DNA of 56,548 nt from Acidimicrobiales bacterium (GCA_051011595.1 JBPCTQ010000377.1:1-56548); one strand, 5' to 3'. Shown: positions 9,075-18,416, counted from the first letter of the stretch. The notes: generated by a model not told the origin, from the letters alone. Translations and numbers: made by a program.

Positions 9075-9100
9075 GCATCCATACACCCGGTGCCGACGTA
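9075..9100 (+). promoter_or_regulatory. Putative autoregulatory ECF (SigK-like) promoter
   Basis: GCATCC-N16-CGTA just upstream of the sigma gene resembles the CCATCC...CCGAA type of SigK promoter. Confidence 0.4.
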
Positions 9101-9112
9101 GAACCGGGTGTG

Positions 9113-9712
9113 ATGGCACTGCAGGCCAGTAGGCCGACCTGGAGACAAGCCCAGTACAGTGACGCCTCTGCTCCCCCGGATGTGCGCGTGGTCGATGATC
9201 TCGAGTCTGATTTCCAGCGAGGTGCCGACGACGCGCTCCGCCGTGCCTACGACGAGCACGGATCGCTGGTCTACAGCTTCTGCCGGCGCTCCATTGGTTC
9301 CACCGAGGCCGCCGATGTAACCCAGGAGGTCTTCCTGGCCGCCTGGCGGGCTCACGATCGATTCGACGCCGACCGGGGCTCGTTGCGTGGTTGGCTCATG
9401 GGGATTGCCCGCAACAAATGCGTGGACCGGCTCCGCCATCATGGACGCCGACCCCAGATCGCCACCGCGGAGGTCGAGGATCGGCCCGCCGGCGGTTCCG
9501 ACATCGAGCGGATGAGCGACCGGATGGTGCTGGCTACGGCCCTCGAGGATCTTCCCGACCGTTCGCGGCGGCTCATCGAATTGTCGTTCTATCAACAGCT
9601 CACGCACGCCGAGATCGCCGACCATACCGGAGTGCCCTTGGGCACCGTGAAGAGCGACATCCGGCGCGGGCTCAACAAGCTGCGCCGGAACCTGGAGGCA
9701 GGCGATGTCTGA
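9113..9712 (+). CDS. ECF RNA polymerase sigma-70 factor (SigK-like)
   Basis: AADVTQEVFLAAW, FDADRGSLRGWLMGIARNKCVD, THAEIADHTGVPLGTVKSDIRRGL; start uncertain. Confidence 0.9.
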   Translation: MALQASRPTWRQAQYSDASAPPDVRVVDDLESDFQRGADDALRRAYDEHGSLVYSFCRRSIGSTEAADVTQEVFLAAWRAHDRFDADRGSLRGWLMGIARNKCVDRLRHHGRRPQIATAEVEDRPAGGSDIERMSDRMVLATALEDLPDRSRRLIELSFYQQLTHAEIADHTGVPLGTVKSDIRRGLNKLRRNLEAGDV

Positions 9713-10313
9713 CACCGGTGACCTCGACGATCTCGAAGGCCGACTCGGTGAGCTGGCCCGTGAGATCACCGAAGACGACCGTCGACTCGACGATCCTCCC
9801 CCTGGATTGTGGGACTCGATCGAGGCTGCGGCCGGCGGGGCCGAGTTGGCATCGGTCACCTCGCTCAGCGAGCGCCGGCGGACCCGTGCCCCGATGATCC
9901 TGGCCGCAGCCGCCGCGGTCATCCTGGCCGTGGTGATCGGTACCCAGCTCATCGGTGACAACGGTGACAACGGCGAGGTGGTGGCATCGATCGCCCTGGA
10001 GAACGACGGACTCCAGGTACCCAACCCCGATACCGGGATGGCCGACCTGGTTGCGGTGGAAGGCGGCGGGTACGTGCTCGACGTTTCGGTGCCGGAGCTC
10101 CCGGCCGCTGATGGTTTCTACGAACTCTGGATCATCGACACCAACGTCGAAGGAATGCACTCGTTGGGAGTGGTCGAGGCCAGCGGGCGGTATCAGATCC
10201 CCGACGGTGTCGAGCCGGCGGACTTCCCCATCGTCGACATCTCGGTCGAAGCTCACGATGGCGACGCCACCCACGGAGGCCAGAGCATCTGGCGGGGTGT
10301 GCTCGAGGTCTGA
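9705..10313 (+). CDS. Anti-sigma factor, RskA-like
   Basis: Overlaps the sigma gene; PPPGLWDSI, single TM (LAAAAAVILAVVIG), YELWII, VDISVE...H.G.SIWRG. Confidence 0.85.
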   Translation: MSDTGDLDDLEGRLGELAREITEDDRRLDDPPPGLWDSIEAAAGGAELASVTSLSERRRTRAPMILAAAAAVILAVVIGTQLIGDNGDNGEVVASIALENDGLQVPNPDTGMADLVAVEGGGYVLDVSVPELPAADGFYELWIIDTNVEGMHSLGVVEASGRYQIPDGVEPADFPIVDISVEAHDGDATHGGQSIWRGVLEV

Positions 10314-10319
10314 CCCTTG

Positions 10320-10342
10320 ATCCCGCTTCGGCGAATCGGGAC
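10320..10342. terminator. Hairpin between converging anti-sigma and tRNA-Ser genes
   Basis: TCCCGCTTCG/CGAATCGGGA imperfect inverted repeat. Confidence 0.45.
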
Positions 10343-10352
10343 CTGGATTGTG

Positions 10353-10443
10353 CGGAGAGGGTGGGATTTGAACCCACGAACCGCCTTACGACAGTTACTT
10401 CCTTAGCAGGGAAGCGCCTTCAACCTGGCTCGGCCACCTCTCC
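10353..10443 (-). tRNA. tRNA-Ser(GCT)
   Basis: GGAGAGG acceptor, CTTCC-CT-GCT-AA-GGAAG anticodon arm, long variable arm, GGTTCAAATCC. Confidence 0.96.
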
Positions 10444-10510
10444 ATTCCGAGCCGGGAGGTTATCCCGACCCGCCGTGCACGATACCGCGCCGAGCACCGA
10501 GACGGGTCGG

Positions 10511-10918
10511 TCAGTCCTCGTGCATCCACGGTGTGAAGGTGAGCCCGATGAGCAACCCCTCCGGGCCCAGCGCCCGGGCCACCGTCTGACCCCATGGCTC
10601 CAGTCGGGCCGCGTGGACGAGTTGATACCCCTTGTCGGCCAGCTCGGGGGCGGCCGCCGCAACGTCTGCCACCGCGAACTCGATGGTGGCATGGGGTACG
10701 GCAATGTCGTCGGGCCACTCCGGTACGCCGAAGCACGAGTTGGCGGCATCGGCCAGGGGCCACACCGCGAAGTGTTTTGCGCCGTCGATGTCGTCAGAGC
10801 TGATGTAGTCACCGGCGACGACCTCGAGCGGGAGCCCCAGGGTGTCGCGGTACAGCGCCGCGGAGGCGGCGGTGTCGGTGGCGATGGCGGCAAAACCGGC
10901 GATGAAGAGGACGTCCAT
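10511..10918 (-). CDS. VOC/glyoxalase family protein
   Basis: ASAALYRDTLGLPL, IEFAVADVAAA, LEPWGQTVAR..GPEGLLIG. Confidence 0.85.
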   Translation of the reverse strand: MDVLFIAGFAAIATDTAASAALYRDTLGLPLEVVAGDYISSDDIDGAKHFAVWPLADAANSCFGVPEWPDDIAVPHATIEFAVADVAAAAPELADKGYQLVHAARLEPWGQTVARALGPEGLLIGLTFTPWMHED

Positions 10919-10927
10919 GGGCCTGTT

Positions 10928-11167
10928 CTAGGCGGTGACGGGTGCCGGGCGCACGACAAACCGTGTGCGGTCCGCCGTCAGGAGATGGTGACGCAGTCGT
11001 TGCAGATCCCGCTGGCGCCGGTCTGGGGACCGGTGCCCGGGTTCTCGACCGACACGAACGGTGACAGCCCGGGCGATCCATGCACAGCTGCTGGTAGCCA
11101 GGGCCACGGCGATGAGCACCACCACCAGTCGGGACCTGCCGCCCCGAGGTGATGGTGATCCGGCCAT
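10928..11167 (-). pseudogene. Possible frameshifted remnant of a lipoprotein gene
   Basis: Signal peptide plus lipobox (LATSSC-AWIARA); plausible continuation (VSVENPGTGPQTGASG...VTIS) only in another frame, then a stop. Confidence 0.3.
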
Positions 11168-11245
11168 GGCAACGCCGCAATGTCACTCGCCCGCCGACCC
11201 AACGGTGGTGCTCGTGTTCGGTGGGGGGAAGGGACCGTCGTCGGC

Positions 11246-11665
11246 TCACTCGGCCGCGACGACGTCGGCCAGGGCCTCGAGTTGGCCTCCGTCGGTTCGT
11301 TTCATCGCCACCCGCAGCAGCGGCCCGCCCGCCCTCCACAGGCCGGACAACGTGCAGTCGGCGTCGAGTGTGACGAGAGTCGTGGCGGGGTCGATGGGTT
11401 CGAGTCGATAGGTGTAGTCGGCCGTCGCTCCCCCTTGTGTGCTGCGCAGCGTGATGGACCGACCCGATGTCAGGTGGGTGATCGTGCTGGTGTGTTCACG
11501 ATTGCGGGTTTGGAAAGTGAGGGTCATCCCCTCCTCGGTGTCGCCGTCGGCGCGAACCCAGTCGACCCCCATCCACAAATGAGCTCGATCCCAGTCGGTG
11601 AGCGCGGCCCAGACGTCGTCGGTCGGATGAGCGATGGTGGTCTCCACCGTGAAGGCACGGGCCAT
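11246..11665 (-). CDS. SRPBCC (START-like) family protein
   Basis: SD GAGGAG; VETTIAHPTDDVWAALTDW; C-terminal helix QLEALADVV. Confidence 0.85.
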   Translation of the reverse strand: MARAFTVETTIAHPTDDVWAALTDWDRAHLWMGVDWVRADGDTEEGMTLTFQTRNREHTSTITHLTSGRSITLRSTQGGATADYTYRLEPIDPATTLVTLDADCTLSGLWRAGGPLLRVAMKRTDGGQLEALADVVAAE

Positions 11666-11725
11666 GGACGACTCCTCGGATGTGGTGGTGCCCGATCTTC
11701 GCGTGACACCGCCGGACCGGGCGTC

Positions 11726-11745
11726 TAGCGTAAGCAGACACTTAC
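11726..11745. promoter_or_regulatory. Palindromic operator overlapping a candidate -10
   Basis: GTAAG-N6-CTTAC (11730-11745) overlapping TAGCGT in an AT-rich divergent intergenic region. Confidence 0.45.
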
Positions 11746-11760
11746 TAATAGGAGATCCGC

Positions 11761-12054
11761 ATGAGCACCGTTGTTGTCCGGTATCGCACCAAGGCTGACC
11801 GCGCCGATGAGAATCAGGCGCTGGTGGAGGCGGTGTTCGCCGAGTTGGCGGCCACCGACCCCGGCGGCGTGCGATATGCCACCTTCCGCCTGGCCGACAA
11901 CACCTTCGTGCACATCGCCGACGTCGAGGCCGACCCCAATCCGCTGCCGGCCACCGCCGCCTTCGGCGCATTCCAGGCCGAGCTCGGTGACCGGTGTGAG
12001 GAGGGCCCCAACCCCCAGGAGGCCACCCTGGTCGGGTCGTACGGGTTCGACTGA
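11761..12054 (+). CDS. Small ABM-like (dimeric alpha/beta barrel) hypothetical protein
   Basis: SD AGGAG; VVRYRTKADRADENQALVEAVFAEL...FVHIA...LVGSY. Confidence 0.75.
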   Translation: MSTVVVRYRTKADRADENQALVEAVFAELAATDPGGVRYATFRLADNTFVHIADVEADPNPLPATAAFGAFQAELGDRCEEGPNPQEATLVGSYGFD

Positions 12055-12094
12055 TCCGCTGCCGCGGCCGGGGCGCCTCGGTTACCGTTCGGCG

Positions 12095-12970
12095 ATGGGT
12101 ACCCCTTCGTGGCAGATCGGTGCGGTGACGGTCACCGCTGTGGTCGAGATCGACACCGAGGTTCCGTTTGCCTTCCTGTTGCCGGGTGCCACCCCCGACG
12201 TGGTGGCCGCCGAGTCCTGGGTGCTACCCCACTGGGCCGTCGACACCGAGACCATGGTGTTGCGCCTGCAGGCGCTGGCGGTCGAGAGCCAGGATCGCCG
12301 CATCGTGGTCGACACCTGTGTCGGGAACAACAAACCCCGACCGGGCCTCGACCTGTTCGATCAGCTGCAGACATCGTTCCTCGACGATCTGGAAGCAGCC
12401 GGATTCGCCCCCGACACCATCGACACCGTGTTGTGTACCCACCTCCACATCGATCACGTGGGTTGGAACACCCGGTTGGTCGACGGCGCCTGGGTTCCCA
12501 CCTTTGCCAACGCCCGGCACCTGTTCGCACGGGCGGAGTACGAACACTGGCTGGCCGAGTGTGATGGTGACCACATGCACGCGTCCTCGTTCCATGACTC
12601 GGTGCGCCCCGTCGTCGATGCCGGCATGGCCGACTTCGTCGACCCGCCCTTTCACCTGACCGATGAAGTCTCCTTGGTTCCCACCACCGGCCACACACCC
12701 GGGCACTGCAGTGTGCTCATCGAGTCCGATGGTCAGCGGGCCTACATCACCGGCGACATGAGCCATCATCCCATCCAACTGGCCCGGCCGGCGCTGGCAT
12801 CGAGTGCCGACACCGATCAGGCCGGATCGACCGCCACCAGGGAACGTTTCGTCGACGAGGTGTGCGACACCGACACGATCGTGATCGGAACCCACTTCGG
12901 TGCACCGGGTGCAGGCCGCTTGCGTCGGGTCGATGGCGGCGTACGCTTCGTGGCGCTCACCCAGAGTTAG
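12095..12970 (+). CDS. MBL-fold metallo-hydrolase (AHL-lactonase/YtnP-like)
   Basis: VVDTCVGN, THLHIDHVGWN, TGHTPGH, ITGDMSHHP, GTHF. Confidence 0.88.
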   Translation: MGTPSWQIGAVTVTAVVEIDTEVPFAFLLPGATPDVVAAESWVLPHWAVDTETMVLRLQALAVESQDRRIVVDTCVGNNKPRPGLDLFDQLQTSFLDDLEAAGFAPDTIDTVLCTHLHIDHVGWNTRLVDGAWVPTFANARHLFARAEYEHWLAECDGDHMHASSFHDSVRPVVDAGMADFVDPPFHLTDEVSLVPTTGHTPGHCSVLIESDGQRAYITGDMSHHPIQLARPALASSADTDQAGSTATRERFVDEVCDTDTIVIGTHFGAPGAGRLRRVDGGVRFVALTQS

Positions 12971-12994
12971 GTCGGGGCAGGCCTCTGGGGTCGC

Positions 12995-14776
12995 TCACCG
13001 CTCGAGAATGCGCCGATTCATCTCGGCCAGGCGGTCTGGGGCGATCTTGATGACAGCCCGGTCGTAGGTCATCAGACCGTTGTGCTCGGACTCGACGTCG
13101 GTGGTCTGGGTGTAGATCGCACCGGCCAGCCCGCGGTCGACCAGGCCCGCGACGACGTCGACCAGTTCTTCGTAGGCGGCGGCGAGGCTCTCGGGTGAAT
13201 CCAACCGGGCGTACCCCCATCCACCAGGGTGCGACACGTGCCCGTCGACCTCCAGTCCCAGCCCGCCGAATTCGCCGTAGACCGTGGCCCGGTGCTCGTC
13301 GAGCGCTGGGAAGTCGGCCTCCTTGCGGTACACGTGGTGGTCGCGCATGTGGCCGCTTCCGTCGTCGACCCAGCCGCTCGCTCCGTCGACCAGTCGAGAC
13401 GGGTCCCGTTGGGCCACGTGGTCCAGAATCACGGTGGTGTCGAACTGGCCCCAACCCTCATTGAAGGGCACCCAGACCACAATCGATGGGTGTGGGCGCA
13501 GCGCATCGATCATGGCGTCGAGCTCGCGCCGGAACCCATCAGGATCGTCGGCGGTGCCGATACGGCTGTAGTCCATGTCGGCGGGGTCGATGCCGTCGAG
13601 CATCTGGGTGATCACTTCGTTCAGGTCGAACCAGGTGTTGGGCATGTCCTGCCACACCAACAGCCCGAGCCGGTCGGCGTGCCAGTACCAGCGAGCGGGC
13701 TCGACCTTGACGTGCTTTCGGATGGTGTTGAAGCCCATGGCCAGGGTGGTTTCGATGTCGAATACCAAGGCGTCGTCGGTCGGGGCGGTGTAGAGCCCAT
13801 CGGGCCACCATCCCTGGTCGAGGAGCCCCAGATGGAAGATCGGCTCACCGTTGAGGTGCAGACGCAGCGTGCCGGCAGCGTCGGGGCCGATGGCGATTTC
13901 ACGAGCGCCGGCATAGCTGTCGGCTCGATCGATGGTCTCGTCGTCGCGTTGGACTTCGATCACCAAGTCGTACAGGAACGGATCATCGGGCGACCATGGC
14001 CGAAGGGCCGCCATGGTGACCGGGACGTCGGCACCATCGCCGTCGAGGAGTGTTCGGCCGTGGCCCACCTCGACGCCGTCGGCGTACACCCAGAGGTGCA
14101 CGCGGTCGCCCGGCGTCGATCCGCTGGTGGCGACGTGAACGGTGAGCTCGTTGTCGGCCAAGCAGGTCGTGGTCCAGACCGACTCGAGACAGGCGATCGG
14201 CACCGGTTCGAGCCAGACGGTCTGCCAGATGCCGGCGACCGGTGTGTACTGGATCGCGGAGGGGTTCAGGGTCTGCTTGCCGACGGGTTGGGGTCCGACA
14301 TCGGTCGGATCCCAGACGGCCACGACGAGTTCGTTCTGGTCCTCGATCAGGGCATCGGTGAGATCGAGATGAAAGGGATCGAAGCCACCTCGATGGCCTC
14401 CGACCGGCTGGTTGTTGAACCACACCTCGGTTTCCCAGTCGACCGCACCGAAGTGCACCCGGAGGCGTTCACCGTCGGCGACGTGAACCGCGTCGATGGT
14501 TCGCCGTAGCCACAGGCGCTGGTCGGGACGCAGTGTCTCGGCCATTCCGCTGAGGGTCGAGCCCATTGGGAAAGGAACGGTGAGGATGTGGGGCCAGTCG
14601 GTCGGCGCCGGGTCATGGCGGCTCGTGACCGCAGCGTCCCAGGGCCCGTTGAGGTTGGTCCAGCGAGGTCGACGCAGCTGTGGGCGTGGGTAGTCGGGAA
14701 GGGGACGCTCCGGGTCGACCTGATCGGCCCACTGCGTCCGTAGCGGTTGCTCCACCGGTTGGTCCTTGCCATCCAT
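12995..14776 (-). CDS. Glycoside hydrolase family 2
   Basis: DYPRPQLRR..W.NLNG.W, HFGAVDW, GIWQTVWLE, LDQGWWPDGLYTAP, WVPFNEGWGQ, YGEFGG, YTQTTDVE.E.NG. Confidence 0.9.
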   Translation of the reverse strand: MDGKDQPVEQPLRTQWADQVDPERPLPDYPRPQLRRPRWTNLNGPWDAAVTSRHDPAPTDWPHILTVPFPMGSTLSGMAETLRPDQRLWLRRTIDAVHVADGERLRVHFGAVDWETEVWFNNQPVGGHRGGFDPFHLDLTDALIEDQNELVVAVWDPTDVGPQPVGKQTLNPSAIQYTPVAGIWQTVWLEPVPIACLESVWTTTCLADNELTVHVATSGSTPGDRVHLWVYADGVEVGHGRTLLDGDGADVPVTMAALRPWSPDDPFLYDLVIEVQRDDETIDRADSYAGAREIAIGPDAAGTLRLHLNGEPIFHLGLLDQGWWPDGLYTAPTDDALVFDIETTLAMGFNTIRKHVKVEPARWYWHADRLGLLVWQDMPNTWFDLNEVITQMLDGIDPADMDYSRIGTADDPDGFRRELDAMIDALRPHPSIVVWVPFNEGWGQFDTTVILDHVAQRDPSRLVDGASGWVDDGSGHMRDHHVYRKEADFPALDEHRATVYGEFGGLGLEVDGHVSHPGGWGYARLDSPESLAAAYEELVDVVAGLVDRGLAGAIYTQTTDVESEHNGLMTYDRAVIKIAPDRLAEMNRRILER

Positions 14777-14803
14777 TGCGCCGATCCTCGCCCAGTCGGC
14801 CGA

Positions 14804-15676
14804 TCAGCTCTGGCCGGCCTCGGCCAGGTAGCGGCGCAGCGTCAGGTCGTGCATCGAGGCGGCGCCGATGCGGCTGCTCATGTGGGGTTCCCACTTCGGT
14901 GGATCACCCTCGGGGTCGTCGCCCAGCACGGTGACCCGTTGGATGATGCGTTCGCCCTCGAAGTCGTGGACCACGAAGTGCTGCGTGCAGCGGTTGTCCC
15001 AGATGGCGACGGTGCCGGGCTGCCAGCGATGGCGCACGGTGAAGCGTTCCTGGGTGGCCCATGCGCAGAGGTAGCGCAGCAGCACGTCGCTCTCCTCGTG
15101 GCTGAGCTCGACGATTCGCCGGGTGAAGTGTTCGTTCACCAACAGCGATCGGCGACCGGTCTCGGGATGGATGCGAACCACCGGATGGATGGTCTTCATC
15201 TCCGGTTTGCCGTGAGGTGTGGCGTCGTGCAGGGCGGTGAGGCCGACGAGCATGTCCTTCATCGGATCGCTGAGGTCTTCGTACGCCAGGTACTGGTTGG
15301 CCCACATGGTGTCGCCCCCCAGCCCCGGGCAGGCCACCATGTGCATGATCGACATCACCGATGGGTGGGGGAGGAACGTCACGTCGGTGTGCCACTCGTC
15401 GGCCACCCCGCCGGCGCTGGCCTTGAGCTCGACCATCTCTTCGGGGCCGTCATCGGGTCGGGGCAGGTTGGGATGGATCTCCAGCTCGCCGAACTTGCGG
15501 CCGAAGGCGACGTGCCCGTCGAGAGTGAGGGTCTGGTCGGGAAAGAACAGGACCAGGTGGTCGAGCAGGTGGGAGCGAATGGCGGCGACGTCGTCCTCGG
15601 TGGCGGCGTTGAGGTCGATCCCTCGCACTTCGGCCCCGAGCGCTCGGCCCAGCGGTGTGATGGTGAGGTCGGTCAT
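14804..15676 (-). CDS. TauD/TfdA family 2-oxoglutarate dioxygenase
   Basis: LGAEVRGIDL, WHTDVTF (HxD), GGDT, HPVVRIHPETGR, WDNRCTQH. Confidence 0.92.
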   Translation of the reverse strand: MTDLTITPLGRALGAEVRGIDLNAATEDDVAAIRSHLLDHLVLFFPDQTLTLDGHVAFGRKFGELEIHPNLPRPDDGPEEMVELKASAGGVADEWHTDVTFLPHPSVMSIMHMVACPGLGGDTMWANQYLAYEDLSDPMKDMLVGLTALHDATPHGKPEMKTIHPVVRIHPETGRRSLLVNEHFTRRIVELSHEESDVLLRYLCAWATQERFTVRHRWQPGTVAIWDNRCTQHFVVHDFEGERIIQRVTVLGDDPEGDPPKWEPHMSSRIGAASMHDLTLRRYLAEAGQS

Positions 15677-15759
15677 GGAATCCCCCGGTGGATGGCCCGT
15701 GTCGCGACGGTAGTGCCGGCGCCGGCCTCGCCCCAATGGCAGAGAGTTGGGCCCGGGGC

Positions 15760-15790
15760 TTGACCCTGCCCCGGGGTCAGGGCCGATCAT
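15760..15790 (+). promoter_or_regulatory. MerR-type promoter/operator (19-bp spacer)
   Basis: TTGACC-19 nt-GATCAT with dyad CCCTGCCCC/GGGGTCAGGG; GTG start 7 nt downstream (leaderless). Confidence 0.8.
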
Positions 15791-15797
15791 CGACGAC

Positions 15798-16631
15798 GTG
15801 GCTGACCGAGACGACGAGTTCCTGACCATCGGAGCGTTCGCGCACCGCACGGGCCTCACCGCCAAGGCGCTGCGTATCTACGACGACATCGGGCTGTTGC
15901 CCCCCGCCGCGGTGGACCCCTCCTCGGGCTACCGCTTCTACGGGACCGATCAAGTACGTGCGGCCCGCCTGATCGGCATGCTCCGCGGGCTGGATCTCGG
16001 TCTCGACGAGATCGCCCTGGTCGTCGCCGATCACGACGACGACCGCGACCGGGCCGTCGCCCGGCTGGGGCAACACCTCGACGCGCTGGAGGCCGACCAC
16101 TCCAGCCGCCGGGTGCTCGTGCGCCACATCGAGTCGTTCCTACGAGAGGACCACCAACTGATGTTCACCATCTCGACCCGGCACGTTCCCGCCCAGCGGG
16201 TCATGTCGATACAGCGCCGCCTCCGGGCGCCCCAGACCGACGCCTTCGTGGCCGAGGCCAAGGCCGCCTTCGCCGAACACCTCGGTGTTCGTGAACCGAC
16301 GGGCCCGTTCACCGTGGTGTTCCACGGCATCGTCGATCATGAGAGCGACGGCCCCATCGAGGCGATCCTCGGTTGCCCCGACGACGTGATGCCGAGCGAG
16401 GCCATCGGTGTTCGCACCGAGCCGGCCCATGATGAGGCCTTCACCACGATCACCAAGGCTCAGTGGGACTTCCCGGCCATCCTGGCCGCCTACGACGCGG
16501 TGGCCTGCTCGCCCGAAGCGGTGGCCCGGCCCGACAGCGGCCTCTCGTGTCGCGAGGTCTACGTGGCCGAGCCCGACGACATCGGCAGCGACGACTTCAT
16601 CTGCGACATCGCCTTTCCTCTCGGCGAGTAG
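15798..16631 (+). CDS. MerR family regulator with GyrI-like effector domain
   Basis: LTIGAFAHRTGLTAKALRIYDDIGLL.P..VDPSSGYRFY; C-terminal CREVY. Confidence 0.9.
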   Translation: MADRDDEFLTIGAFAHRTGLTAKALRIYDDIGLLPPAAVDPSSGYRFYGTDQVRAARLIGMLRGLDLGLDEIALVVADHDDDRDRAVARLGQHLDALEADHSSRRVLVRHIESFLREDHQLMFTISTRHVPAQRVMSIQRRLRAPQTDAFVAEAKAAFAEHLGVREPTGPFTVVFHGIVDHESDGPIEAILGCPDDVMPSEAIGVRTEPAHDEAFTTITKAQWDFPAILAAYDAVACSPEAVARPDSGLSCREVYVAEPDDIGSDDFICDIAFPLGE

Positions 16632-17208
16632 CGACCGCCGGACTGGGATGCAGCGGGTTTGGCGCCGACACCCGTGTCGGGGGGCGCCGGGGTCGATGGG
16701 GGATCGAGGCCTCGGTCCTCGGCCGACCAGGACAGCGGCGCCCGACCGTGAATGAGTGACCGCGATGCTGAGTCGTCGGTGGTGGCGGGTCCGAGCGGCG
16801 CGACCACACCAGCGCTCCGCTCACCGATGTGGGTATGACCGCCGGGTGTTCACCGTCACCACGCAGCACGGCGACGACGGCTCGAACGATGTCGCGCAGA
16901 TCCGATCGCCAGCCTCGGTCGTCGAGTCGGTGTTGCCGATCGGTGGGGTGCACCCGATGGATGGTTCCGTACATGTTGATGCTCACTGTTCACAGAAGGG
17001 ACGCGCGGACGCGTCGGGGATCGCCGCCGAGGTCACCTGATCAGTGAGTGATCAACATGGCTGTCACGGTAGCCACCATGGCGGTGTCGGTCCTGTGAAT
17101 TTCGTCGCGTCCGTATGGCCGCTCTCGCGCGAGCCGAGCTCACTCGCTGCGATCAGCTCGACCTTGAGGTCGCGCGGTGCTGCTTTCGATGTGGGGAGCG
17201 CCGGGCCG

Positions 17209-18114
17209 CTACGCGTCGGGATCGTCGACGGCCAGACGCTCGAAGTAGCTCCGCAGCGTGGTGGTGCCCAGCGGGGGTCCCACACCATCGACTTCACCGG
17301 CGACCACGATGAACTGGGCCAGGTCGCCGAACTGTTTCGACAGCACTCGTACACCCTTGACCAGCCCGCGAGCCGCCCACATCGGGATGACTGTGATCTT
17401 GGGTGGTTTGCCAACGACATCGAACGCCAGCTCCGCCGCTTCGCGCTGGGTCATGACCTCGGGACCGCCGGCTTCGACCTCGAGCTTGTTGCCCTCGGCG
17501 ACGTCGACGCAGACGTGGGCCAGGTCGCGGCCGTGGATGGGGCTCATCTTGTTGGTTCCGTCGCCCACGAGGAACGAACGGCCCCGCTTGGCCATGGACA
17601 ACAACACGCCCATGTCGGAGAAGTAGCCGCAGGGCCGCACGATCCCGTACTCGAGGCCCGACGACCGCAGCTCGTCGACCACCCGTTCGTGGGCCGCGGT
17701 GATGGCCAGGCCGGAGAGGTCGGGAGTGTCTGCGCCCTGCATCGACACATAGACGAACTTCTCGACTCCGCTCGCGACGGCCAGCTCGATCAGCCTGTGA
17801 TTGCACGCGTAGTCGACCTCTTCGAAGGTGAGACCGTCGCGCTGGCGCGAGATGCCGACACTGGAGAAGACAATGTCGATGCCGTCCATGAGGCCGGTGA
17901 GTGTGGTGGGATCGGTGAGCTCGCCGACGAACACCTCGTCGACGTCATCGTCGCTGATGCCTGGTGCGGTGAATGGGCCGGGCTCGCCAAGACGCCCCTG
18001 GTCGCGGGTGAGCGCCCGCACCCAGTAGCCCCGCTGTTTGAACGCCTCGACGACGAACTTCCCCAGGTAGCCCGTGGCCCCAGCGACCAACACTCGTTTG
18101 TCGCTGTTGGTCAT
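17209..18114 (-). CDS. Atypical SDR / NAD(P)H-binding oxidoreductase
   Basis: VLVAGATGYLGK, VRALTR, IVRPCGYFSD, PIHGRDLA, GGPE. Confidence 0.88.
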   Translation of the reverse strand: MTNSDKRVLVAGATGYLGKFVVEAFKQRGYWVRALTRDQGRLGEPGPFTAPGISDDDVDEVFVGELTDPTTLTGLMDGIDIVFSSVGISRQRDGLTFEEVDYACNHRLIELAVASGVEKFVYVSMQGADTPDLSGLAITAAHERVVDELRSSGLEYGIVRPCGYFSDMGVLLSMAKRGRSFLVGDGTNKMSPIHGRDLAHVCVDVAEGNKLEVEAGGPEVMTQREAAELAFDVVGKPPKITVIPMWAARGLVKGVRVLSKQFGDLAQFIVVAGEVDGVGPPLGTTTLRSYFERLAVDDPDA

Positions 18115-18193
18115 CGGTGTCCTTCCGGCAAGGTGTTGTGTGGCGGTGCTGATGCGACGATGTCCAAAACGCTGAACGCGTGGTGGCGGCGAC

Positions 18194-18413
18194 GTGAGTG
18201 TCAGCGAACAAATCGATTCGGGCTTCGCTCGTCAGAACCGAAACCGACACCGGTCTGGCGAGACAACGTTCGACCCTCGAGCGGCAACGTCAGGCTATAC
18301 CGCAGTGGCCAGGCCAAAGCATCCCGGTCTACCCCGAGGCGCGGTGTGGCAGTGATGTTGTGAGCGTCAGCGAGCAACTCTGTTAGGGCTTCGGTTCGTC
18401 AGAACCGAGACCG
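18194..18413 (+). repeat. Two imperfect ~54-bp direct repeats abutting the tRNA-Ser 3' end
   Basis: 18194-18246 and 18360-18413 share GTGAGnGTCAGCGAnCAAnTC..TTnGGGCTTCG..TCGTCAGAACCGAnACCG. Confidence 0.8.
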
Positions 18414-18416
18414 GCG

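Noticed and set aside
16597-17047. Short ORFs in the MerR-SDR gap as confident genes
   Set aside because: No recognisable motifs or SD sequences and conflicting frames; kept only as context for the inverted repeat.
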